Shown: positions 1 through 9,100 of the stretch, one piece after another
How positions within the stretch are numbered: the stretch's first letter is position 1
How the letters are laid out: each line of letters begins with the position of its first letter
Source of the DNA: Magnetococcales bacterium
Lineage (GTDB): Bacteria; Pseudomonadota; Magnetococcia; Magnetococcales; JADGCH01
Direction of reading: 5' to 3'
NCBI GenBank assembly: GCA_015229115.1
Contig: JADGCH010000008.1
Location: 11,405 to 75,404 of the forward strand
DNA: 64,000 nt
Translations under genes and position numbers: made by a program
The notes under the pieces: generated by a model
The model's database searches: none
Told to the model about the DNA's origin: nothing
Seen by the model: the letters and a program-made list of their open reading frames with translations, nothing else

Positions 1-2
1 CC

Positions 3-182
3 TTCATCAACACGACCGACATGAAACGCATGAACAAGCTGCTTTCCATGGGACTGAGCCCCGGCGTGCGGGTACGCCTGCAGCAGCGCTATCCAGCCTG
101 CGTGGTGAGCGTCGACAACAACAATCTTGCCTTTGACCAGGCCATCAGCCAGGAAATCCAGGTGTGGATGAACCCGCAGTGA
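3..182 (+). CDS. FeoA-domain protein, C-terminal fragment (5' end outside the window)
   Basis: The frame is open from the window edge to TGA 180-182. The translation ...MKRMNKLLSMGLSPGVRVRLQQRYPACVVSVDNNNLAFDQAISQEIQVWMNPQ fits the FeoA SH3-like pattern (GL.PG..V.V....P...P.VV.V.....A.....A..I.V). It is too short to appear in the supplied ORF track. Confidence 0.4.
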   Translation, partial: FINTTDMKRMNKLLSMGLSPGVRVRLQQRYPACVVSVDNNNLAFDQAISQEIQVWMNPQ

Positions 183-520
183 GCCCAACTATCACGACCA
201 TTGTGCTGCTGGCCTGTTCCAATGTCTTCATGACCTTCGCTTGGTATGCCCACCTCAAGCACCTGCAGGATCGCTCTTGGTATGTGGCAGCGCTGCTCAG
301 CTGGGGCGTCGCCCTGTTTGAGTATCTGCTGCAGGTGCCTGCCAATCGCATTGGGTCGACCGTCTTGTCCCTACCGCAGCTCAAGATCCTGCAAGAGTCC
401 ATCACGCTGCTGGTGTTTGTCCCGTTTGTGCTGTTTTACATGGGACAGCCACTGAAACTGGATTACCTGTGGGCTGGTTGCTGCATCCTGGGCGCGGTCT
501 ACTTCATCTTTCGGTCCTGA
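164..520 (+). CDS. Small DMT-superfamily membrane protein (DUF486-like)
   Basis: 118-aa ORF with about 4 hydrophobic segments. The N-terminal LLACSNVFMTFAWYAHLK motif is typical of the DUF486/DMT family. The start is GTG at 164, overlapping the upstream stop, so the exact start is uncertain. Confidence 0.65.
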   Translation: MDEPAVSPTITTIVLLACSNVFMTFAWYAHLKHLQDRSWYVAALLSWGVALFEYLLQVPANRIGSTVLSLPQLKILQESITLLVFVPFVLFYMGQPLKLDYLWAGCCILGAVYFIFRS

Positions 521-531
521 TCATTACCACC

Positions 532-1056
532 CTATTTGGACTCGGTCTTAGCTTCAGATTTCGATTCGGGAGCTTTTTCCTGATGCCATGGCATGATGGG
601 AACGGAAGAAATGGAATTCTTGGGTGAACCGTCAATCAGCTTGTCGCTGTAAACCAGATAGACCAACACGTTGCGCTTGCGATCAAAAAATCGCACGATG
701 CGCATCTTCTTGAACAGGATGGAGGTGCTTTTGGAAAAAACTTCCTCACCATCCTTGATGTCACCAAACTTGATGGCACCAATCTGACGACAGGCAATTG
801 AGGCATCGGCGGTATCTTCAGCCAGACCAACACCGCCCTTGATGCCGCCTGTTTTAGCTCGGCTCAAATGGCAGGAGACTCCAGCCACCTTGGGATCATC
901 GAAAGCTTCAATGACGATCTTGTCATCCGGGCCCAGCATCTTGAAGGCGGTGTCGACGCTACCAATTTCCTCACCATGAGACACAGACCCCAAGCCACCC
1001 CACACCAGCATGGCCGTGGCCACGACAAACCATTTTCCCTTTATCAACGATAACAT
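532..1056 (-). CDS. creA: CreA family periplasmic protein
   Basis: The ORF track gives 532-1158. I prefer ATG 1056 because GGAGGA lies 9 nt upstream and it gives a signal-peptide-like N-terminus ([28 protein letters not shown]). The mature part ([78 protein letters not shown]) matches CreA family motifs. Confidence 0.8.
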   Translation of the reverse strand: MLSLIKGKWFVVATAMLVWGGLGSVSHGEEIGSVDTAFKMLGPDDKIVIEAFDDPKVAGVSCHLSRAKTGGIKGGVGLAEDTADASIACRQIGAIKFGDIKDGEEVFSKSTSILFKKMRIVRFFDRKRNVLVYLVYSDKLIDGSPKNSISSVPIMPWHQEKAPESKSEAKTESK

Positions 1057-1198
1057 CTGCTGATTTCCTCCAAAGTCAAGTTGCCTACCGAAGCAGGAAT
1101 TTTTTTCCGGTCTCATCTTAATGCAGAAGCACTGATTCAGGCAAGCGTTACACAGCAACTCGCTGATAAATCATATAAATCTATTTTTATCTAAAAGA

Positions 1199-1214
1199 TG
1201 GCACAACTGTTGCT
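1199..1214 (+). promoter_or_regulatory. Sigma-54 (RpoN) -24/-12 promoter
   Basis: TGGCAC(1199-1204)-aactg-TTGCT(1210-1214) matches the consensus TGGCAC-N5-TTGCW with exact GG/GC spacing. It sits in an intergenic region, preceded by an AT-rich tract (1168-1198), about 65 nt upstream of ATG 1279. Confidence 0.6.
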
Positions 1215-1278
1215 TTGTCCTAACTCAAAAAACAAAACAGCTCTGCAGCACAGGATTTCAAGTTAGAGAGGATGACCC

Positions 1279-1518
1279 ATGAATATCGCCGCATTGACCA
1301 ATCTTCTTGCCAACCATGCCCTGAATGGTACCAATGGCCTGAAACAGCAGACGCACGACGAGTCTGCCCGCCATCTGGAGCGAACCGTCATCAAAGGGCA
1401 GCAGAACGAAGAACATCTTTCGGAAGCACAGATTCCCCAGATGCGTCAGAGCAGCGCTTACCGCGTCACCATCTCGCCGGCTGCCCTGAGAAAGATGTCA
1501 CTGTCCGCCACGGCGTAG
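1279..1518 (+). CDS. Small hypothetical protein (79 aa), no family recognised
   Basis: ATG 1279 is preceded by GAGAGG (1266-1271, 7-nt spacer) and lies downstream of the sigma-54 promoter. The protein is hydrophilic and Q/E/N-rich with no motif I recognise. The overlapping alternative ORF 1272-1586 has no usable RBS. Confidence 0.4.
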   Translation: MNIAALTNLLANHALNGTNGLKQQTHDESARHLERTVIKGQQNEEHLSEAQIPQMRQSSAYRVTISPAALRKMSLSATA

Positions 1519-1527
1519 GATTCATGG

Positions 1528-1920
1528 TCAATGCTGGGAAAGAGCGCGCAGACCGCCTGCGCTCCATAAGCCGAGCACTGTCATAAATAGTGAACCCAAC
1601 AGATGCAGCAGGGCCGTCCCCACCCCCCACAGATAGCGGCCCTGCAGCAGCAGGGTGACCACCTCGGCGGAAAAAGTGGAGAAAGTGGTCAAGCCACCCA
1701 AAAATCCGGTCACCACAAACAGACGCACCTCAGCTGGCCACTGTGGTTGCTGCGCCAGCAGGGCCATAGCGACACCGATCAGATAGCCCCCAACCAGATT
1801 GGCCGTCAGCGTCCCGAGCGGCACAGGCTGCGTGAGCGGGTTCAACCAGCTGCTGAGCCCCCAGCGCAACCAAGCACCGCAGGATGCGCCGGCGGCGACT
1901 GCGGCAAATGCTGGCAGCAC
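1528..1920 (-). CDS. crcB: Fluoride ion channel CrcB/FluC
   Basis: Contains the hallmark GFLGGLTTFSTFSAE motif and 4 TM segments. The ORF track starts at 2007 (159 aa). The in-frame GTG at 1920 gives the typical length of about 130 aa, with the N-terminal AAGASCGAWLRW (GG.lGa..Ry-like) motif about 10 residues from the start. Confidence 0.85.
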   Translation of the reverse strand: MLPAFAAVAAGASCGAWLRWGLSSWLNPLTQPVPLGTLTANLVGGYLIGVAMALLAQQPQWPAEVRLFVVTGFLGGLTTFSTFSAEVVTLLLQGRYLWGVGTALLHLLGSLFMTVLGLWSAGGLRALSQH

Positions 1921-2054
1921 ATCGATCGATGCCCTGGCTGTCACAACCGGATCCGAACTCACTCCACACCCTACCTTCTTCCGCACCCTGCCTCTCTTGG
2001 GCATCATACGTTACCACAATCCTGTCGTGCAAGCGATCCGGGAGGATATTTTGA

Positions 2055-2084
2055 TTGAAAATAGCCATGGCTCTGTACTATACT
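2055..2084 (+). promoter_or_regulatory. Candidate sigma-70 promoter for the Rpn-like gene
   Basis: TTGAAA (2055-2060), an 18-nt spacer, then TATACT (2079-2084), about 40 nt upstream of GTG 2127. This is a motif match only. Confidence 0.3.
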
Positions 2085-2126
2085 CCATGATAGATGTATT
2101 GTTTCCTCAGCTATGGATGAACAGCC

Positions 2127-3125
2127 GTGAAGCCGATTGATCTAGCACCTCAAACCCATGATGGTTTCTTCAAGGTATGGATCAAAGATGTTGCCACAAT
2201 CCGCAATCTGCTATTGCAGTGGCTGCCGCACCCATTGCGGCAGGAAATCAATTGGTCCATTGATCCGGAAATTCTATCCATCAACTATACCGGTCTGTAT
2301 CATGGTCCCTCCAGTGCCGATTTCCTTATCAAATTGGTCACTGTCCATGACCAGCCTCTGCACGTCTACGTCTTGTTTGAGCATAAGAGTTATTTTGATC
2401 GCTACACACCGATGCAATTATTGCTCTACCAGAGTGAGGAATTAAGGGCCGCATTTATTCGACGAGGCAAAAAAGGACCCTTGCCAGCCATTTTCTGCAT
2501 CGTCCTTTATCATGGATCAGAATCCTGGTCGGAACCAACCTTTTTCCATGCACTCTACGGGGATCTTCCAGCCACGTTTCATGCACATGTGCTTGATTTC
2601 CCCTATCAGCTCCACCATCTGCAACAGATTCCTGACCAGGATATCCTGAAATTACCGGTACGTACTAGCAGTGGACTAATAGCCCTCAAGTATGTTTTCT
2701 CTTCAGAACAGCAGCAAAGAAAAATGATCCTGTTGACTCTGGACCAGATGGCCAACCATCCAGTTGACTCAGATTACCTGTTGCAACTGTTGCGGTACTG
2801 GATGGATCGCTATACCAGCTTTGACCCCCAGATTGCTGACCGGGTTATCGAACAATTGACTATCACCGAGGAGGTTGAAACCATGATATCCGCTTTCGCC
2901 CAGAATTACCTCGACAAGGGCAGACAAGAAGGCAGACAAGAAGGCAGACAAGAAGGCAGACAAGAAGGTCAGACCCATTTGTTACTACGTTTGATGCAGC
3001 GTCGTTTTGGCCAGTTACCCAAAAAGGTGGTTAAAAAGGTCGTTCATGCCAATTCAACCAAACTGGAACGTTGGGGAGACCGCCTGCTGGAGGCTCGGTC
3101 GATTGATGATCTATTTGGTCATTAA
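2127..3125 (+). CDS. Rpn/YhgA-family PD-(D/E)XK recombination-promoting nuclease (transposase-like) with DUF4351-like C-terminus
   Basis: The N-terminus THDGFFKVWIKDVATIRNLLLQWLP, then ..FLIKL......LHVYVLFEHKSY.D and ..IFCIVLYHG are characteristic of the Rpn/transposase_31 family. The C-terminal LLLRLMQRRFGQLPKKVVKKV......LERWGDRLLEARSIDDLF resembles DUF4351. GTG start. Confidence 0.75.
   Translation: MKPIDLAPQTHDGFFKVWIKDVATIRNLLLQWLPHPLRQEINWSIDPEILSINYTGLYHGPSSADFLIKLVTVHDQPLHVYVLFEHKSYFDRYTPMQLLLYQSEELRAAFIRRGKKGPLPAIFCIVLYHGSESWSEPTFFHALYGDLPATFHAHVLDFPYQLHHLQQIPDQDILKLPVRTSSGLIALKYVFSSEQQQRKMILLTLDQMANHPVDSDYLLQLLRYWMDRYTSFDPQIADRVIEQLTITEEVETMISAFAQNYLDKGRQEGRQEGRQEGRQEGQTHLLLRLMQRRFGQLPKKVVKKVVHANSTKLERWGDRLLEARSIDDLFGH
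2919..2966 (+). repeat. Perfect 4 x 12-bp tandem repeat GGCAGACAAGAA, in frame (GRQE x4)
   Basis: Read directly: four identical 12-mers at 2919-2930, 2931-2942, 2943-2954 and 2955-2966, followed by a degenerate fifth start (GGTCAGAC). It encodes the GRQEGRQEGRQEGRQEGQ linker between the nuclease and the C-terminal domain. Confidence 0.95.
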
Positions 3126-3150
3126 ACATAGCCAATAAAGATTTCACGGC

Positions 3151-6100
3151 ATGCCTACCTCTTTTCAATACTCCCTCAACGGTGGTTCAACGACAACCGG
3201 TGATGATGTTACACCGATCATTGGCGTAACTGCCGATGACACAGTTACCATTATCAGTGATACAGGGACAGTCTCGATCTCTGAGATTGAAGTTTTTATA
3301 GGCAACGTCAATGTTGAGACGGTCACCCTGCTGACCAGTGGTATACTGTCTATCAGTGAGGTGGACCAGCTGGTCAGTGATAGCGGTGCTACCGATACCA
3401 TCACCCTGCTGACAGGCGGCATGGTAGCCATCTCCTCCATCGATTCCCTCATCGGTAGCAGTGATGACGATACCGTTACCCTGCTCACCAGTAGTAGCCT
3501 TTACGCCGATGTGGTGGAAACATTCATCAGCAGTAGCGGCGCCACCGATACGGTAACCCTGGTCGCTGGCGGTTTGGTAGCGGTGTCAGAGATCGACTCC
3601 ATCGTCGGTAGTCCATCCTATCTGGAAACCGTGCTACTGCTGACCAACAGTGACCTGTTCCTGTCGGATATTGACTCCCTGATTGGCAGCACCGGCTCTG
3701 ACTTGGTGACCCTGCTCACCAGCGGCCTGTTGTCAATCAGCGAGGTCGACCAAGTGGTCAGCGGCAACAGTGCCACCGATACCATCACCCTGTTGACCAG
3801 TCATGAACTGTCCATCAGCAACATCGATTCGATTCTGAGCATCGGTGATGCTGTCGATACCGTTACCCTGATGACCGGTGGCGTGGTATCGCTCGCTTTG
3901 GTCGACTCTCTTATCGGCAGTAGCGGTGACGACACCGCCATCCTGATCACCAGTGGCTCCATTTGCGCTGATGTGGTCGAAACATTCATCAGCAGCAGTG
4001 GCGCCGTCGATACCGTCACGCTGGTCGCTGGTGGTCTGGTCACGGTGTCAAACATCGACTCCATCATCGGCAGTCTATCTTACGCTGATACGGTCATGTT
4101 GCTGACCAGTAGCACTGTTGTCATGGGTGAGATCGACAACATGAACAGCATCGACAGTCTCATCAGTCTGGCTGACGTCACCGATACCGTTACCTTGATG
4201 GCACCTGGATCGTTAGCAGCATCGGGCATTGACTCCATCATCAGCAACACTGGTAATAACCTGATCACCCTGCTGACCAGCGGCATGGTGTCGGTCAGTA
4301 ACGTTGATGGCCTGGACAGCAGCAGCGGCAGCACCGATACCGTCACCCTGCTCACCAGTGCCGCCGTGGCGGTCCAGAATATCGAATCTATGCTGAGTAG
4401 CATAGGGGCTACCGATACCGTCAATCTGATCAGCAGTGGCCAGTTGTTTGTTAGTGACATCGATCAGATCAACAGCAGTGCTGGTTGTACCGATACCGTT
4501 ACCCTACTCACCAGTAGCGCTGTTTTATTCTCCCATGTCGACTCGGTGGTCAGCGTTGATGGTGCTACCGATACCATCACCGTGCTGATGGGCAGTGCAC
4601 TGGCTGCATCGGGCATCGACTCGATCATCGGTAACTACGTATCTGAACAGGTCACCCTGCTGACCAGTGGGGCTTTGTTCTCCAGCGATGTTGATACACT
4701 GATCAGCGTTGACGGTGCTACTGATACCATTACGCTGGTGGCTAGCAATAATCTATCTGCTTCTGGTGTCGACTCCCTCATCGGCAGCGTCGGTGATGAG
4801 AACGTCTCCCTGCTGACCAGCGGCATTCTCTCCGTCAGCAACATTGGCACTCTGATCGGCAGCACTGGTACAACTGACAGCGTCACCCTGCTCACCAGTA
4901 GCAATCTATTTGAAAAATGGCTCGACACCCTGATCAGCAGCAGCGGCAGTACCGATACCGTGACGTTACTGACCGGCGGAAAGGTCATCGTCTCCGGGAT
5001 CGATTCTCTCATCGGCAGTGGCCTGAACGACTCTGTCGTGTTGCTTACCAGCGGCTCCCTGAGCCTTGATGTCGTTGAGACGCTGATCAGCAGCTCTGGC
5101 ACGACCGATACCGTCACACTGGTGGCCGGCGGTAACATGGCGGTGTCGGGCATCGACTCGATCGTTGGCTACAGCTATTACGACCAAGTCACCCTGCTTA
5201 CTGGCAGCGAGGTGTCTGTCAGCAACATCGACGAAATCATCAGCAGCTACGGCATCACCGATACCGTTGTTCTGCTCACCAGCAGTGCTGTATCCCTCCT
5301 CAGAATTGATTCCATTAGCAGTAGCAGTGGCGCAACCGATACGGTGACCCTGATGGCTGGTGGTCACGTAACAACCTCCAACATCGATTCCATTGCTGGC
5401 ACCTCGGCGTGGGAACACCTTACCCTGCTGACCAGTGGTAGTTTATCGATCGGTGAGATCGACCGATTGAGTAGCCATTCCGGTGTTACCGATACCATCA
5501 CCCTGCTGACCAGCAGCCTAGCAATCACGAGTGGCATTGACTCGATCCTCAGCACAGCCAATGCTCATGATACGGTGGTCCTGTTAACCAGCAGCATGAT
5601 CGCTGTTGCCAATGTCGACTCGCTTATCAGCGTTGACCACAGTGCTGACGCTCTCTCTTTTGATAGCGCCGTTGAATATACCACCGGTACCACCGGCTCC
5701 GGACCCATTTCGGTTTGCCTGGATGATGTCAATCGTGATGGCCATCCTGATATACTGGTAGCCAACTATTACACGGCCAGTGTCTCGGTATTGCTCAATA
5801 ATGGTAATGGTACTTTTGCTGCCAAAACTGAATACACCGTCGGTACCAACCCGCTCTCAGTTCATGCAGCCGATGTCAATGGAGATGGTTATCCGGACCT
5901 GCTGGCAGCTAATCAGACCTCCGGTGATGTTTCAGTCCTGCTCAACAATGGCAACGGTAGCTTTGCCAGCCATCAACCCTATACCACAGGGACTGCTCCT
6001 TTTTCAATTAGTTCAGGTGATCTGGATCGTGACGGGGATCTGGATCTGCTGGTCGCCAACAGCACTTCCGGTAATGTTTCGGTTCTGTTCAATCAGGGTG

Positions 6101-9100
6101 ATGGCACCTTTCCAACCAAAACAGATTACTCCACCAGCGGTGCCAATGGCGGTGCTACGGGCGTAGCCGTTGCCGATGTCAACCGTGATGGCTGGCTGGA
6201 TATCCTGGTCACCAGCACTGCTCCCGACACGGTTGCGGTGCTGCTCAACAATGGTAGTGGCAGCTTCCCCACCCAAACTGACTATGGCACGGGCGTTGAT
6301 CCACGTTCGATCCACATCGCCGATCTGGATGGAGATGACTGGCCCGATATTCTGACCGCCAACTCGACGGGCAACACTGTTTCGGTGTTGCGCAACAACG
6401 GCGATGGCACCTTTGCCGCTCCAAATGACCTCCTTAGTGGTCCTGCTCCCATGTCAGTCAGTGTCGCCGATGTGGATAGCGATGGTCTCCCCGATATCAT
6501 CGTCAACAATGCAGGTTCTACCACACTCTCGGTGCTGCACAACAACGGTGATGGGACCTTTGCCAGCAAGGTTGACTATACCAGTGGGTCCGGTCCTTAT
6601 TGGGTTAACGCAGCCGATGTCAATGGAGATGGTCGGCTTGATCTGGTCGCGGTTAATCATGGTTCTGCCAGTGTTTCGGTGCTGCTCAATACCAGCCAGT
6701 TTGTTGCCACCCCAGGCAACAGCGGTGCTACCGATACCGTTATCCTGCTCACCAGCAGCGCCTTATCCATCGCTGGCATTGACTCCATCCTGAGCACTGC
6801 TGGTGCTACCGATACCGTTACCCTGCTCGCCAGTACCACCCTGTCCATTAGCTGTGTTGACTCCATCCTGAGCAGTAGTAGCGTTGTTGATACCGTGCGA
6901 TTACTGACCAGCAGCCACGTTTTCGTGTCCGATGTGGATAAGCTTATCAGCTTGGTTGGTGTCACCGATACCATCTCCCTGCTCGCCAGTGGCATCCTGT
7001 CCGCCAGCTGTGTTGACTCCATCCTGGGTAGCGGTGTCACCCTTGATACGGTAAGCCTGCTGACCAGCGGAGCCCTGTTCATCAGCTCCATCGACAAGTT
7101 GGTCAGTGTGAACGATGCTACCGATACCGTCACCCTGCTGACCAGCAGCTCCATAGTGACCAGTGGCGTTGATTCGATCCTCAGTGTCACGGGCGCTACC
7201 GATACGGTGCGGTTACTGACCAGCCACAACCTGACCGTGTCCGGTGTTGATCGAATCATCAGCCTGGTGGGCGTTACCGATACCGTCACCCTGCTGACCA
7301 GCAGCAAGCTGTTTGTCTCCAATGTCGATTCGATCATCAGTGGCAGTGGCGCCACCGATGTTGTCAAGTTGCTATTACCGTCCAGCATCACGGTCGATGG
7401 CATTGACTCGATCATCGGTTCAACCGGTGCCGACACCGTTACGGTGATCAGCGATGCGGCTGTGATGATCCAAGCCGGCTACGGGGCCGATCAGATCAAT
7501 CTGCTGTCGGGTCACACGACGGCCACCACCATCGTCTATGCACTGCCAAGCGATAACGACACCATCACCAACTTTGCCGCTGGCGTCGATAAAATCCGTT
7601 TAAGAACCGGACCCACCGGCGGTGTTCCGGTCACTATGTCGATGAGTGGCACAGCAACCACACCCGGCACGGTTTGGCTGGATGTCAATAACGACGCCAT
7701 CGGCGACGTCACCCTGACGTTGGTCAACATGACTGGCTCCCTGACGGCTAGCGATTTCATCATCACCAGTTCGCAGTCCGTCACCTTTTCAACGGCTACC
7801 AACCATGCTACGGGATCAACGCCTCAAGGGGTCACCAGCGCTGATTTCAATGGCGATGGCGTGGCCGATCTGGCTGTGACCAACGGAGGCAGTGGTACAG
7901 TATCGGTGCTGCTGGGCACTGGATCGGGCAACTTCGCCAATGCTACCAGTCATACGGTCGGCACCAGCCCCTATTCAGTCGCCAGTGCCGATTTCAACCG
8001 AGATGGAATCATGGATCTGGCCGTTGCCAATTCCGGCAGCAACAACATCTCCATACTGATCGGTACTGGGGCGGGTGGTTTCAGCACGGCATCCCCTTTT
8101 GCTACCGGTACCGTACCCATGACGATTCTTGTCGCCGACTTCAACAGCGACGGACTCATCGATCTCGCCACTGCCAACCACAATGGCGGTAGTGATAACC
8201 TGTCCGTATTGCTAGGTAACGGTTCAGGCAGCTTTGCCACAGCCGTTCCCTACACCGCTGGCAGTTACTCGACCGCTGTCACCAGCGCTGATTTCAATAG
8301 CGACGGTCTGTTGGACATCGCCTGCACCAACTTCATGAGCAACGACATTTCCATCCTGCTGGGCGATGGATCGGGCGGCTTTACAGCCTCTGGTAGTCCT
8401 CTTAGCAGTGCTGCCCGCCCGCGTTCGATCATCAGTGCCGACTTGAACGGCGATGGCGTGGTCGATCTCGCCACGGCCAATTACGATGGCAACAACGTCT
8501 CGGTGTTTCTGGGTACCGGATCGGGCAGCTTTGCCAATGCCACCCACCATACCACGGGCACTAGCCCGCGTGAGATTATTACAGACGATTTCAATAACGA
8601 TGGCATCGCTGATCTAGCCACCGCCAACTATGGCAGCAACAACCTGTCGGTACTGCTGGGAACCGGGTTAGGCGGCTTCCTGACTGCCGTCAGTTATGCC
8701 GTAGGCGTGCTACCGACGGCGATCGTTGGCGCCGACCTGAATGGCGATGGCGTGGCCGATCTGGCGGTCACCAATGAGTCCAACAACAACGTGTCAGTAC
8801 TGCTGACACAACCTCTGTCAGCACCCACTGCCCTCGATCTGGATGCTGCCGATGATACCGGCACCAATAACGACAACAGCACCACCCAAGCCAGCAATCT
8901 GACTATTAGCGGTACTGGTGGCATAGCTGGCACGATCCTGTCGCTGTTTGATGATCAGGACAACGACAATCTGATCGACAGTGGAGAATTGCTGGTCACG
9001 GCCAGCATCACTGGCCAGGCCTGGAGCGCTGATATCAGCCTGACAACAGGCACCCATACCATCAAGGCCATCCAGACAGACAGCGCCGGAGCCAACAGCC

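Noticed and set aside
1921-2100. A possible fluoride (crcB-motif) riboswitch in the leader of crcB.
   Set aside because: On the minus strand, CTAT-CATGGAGT-ATAG ... AGCCATGGCT ... ATCCTCC only loosely echoes the GGCGAUGGAGUUCGCC ... GCUGAUGA.UCCU consensus. The conserved AAAC.GCC and GAUGA elements and the short spacing are missing. A cmsearch with Rfam RF01734 would settle it; I do not call it.
1272-2140. Overlapping ORFs 1272-1586(+), 1603-2058(+), 1730-2068(-), 1799-2140(+).
   Set aside because: These are shadow frames of the small ORF and of crcB. They have Arg/Pro/Gln-rich compositions and no motifs, while the crcB frame carries the diagnostic GGLTTFSTFS motif.
2127-3125. Calling the Rpn/transposase_31-like gene a mobile element.
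   Set aside because: I could find no terminal inverted repeats or target-site duplications flanking it. Rpn-family genes are usually stand-alone chromosomal genes. It is annotated as a CDS only.
3220-5650. A regular 78-bp periodicity that could superficially suggest a CRISPR-like or satellite array.
   Set aside because: There is no repeat/spacer alternation. The whole period is in-frame coding sequence with amino-acid-level conservation, and no cas genes or leader are present.
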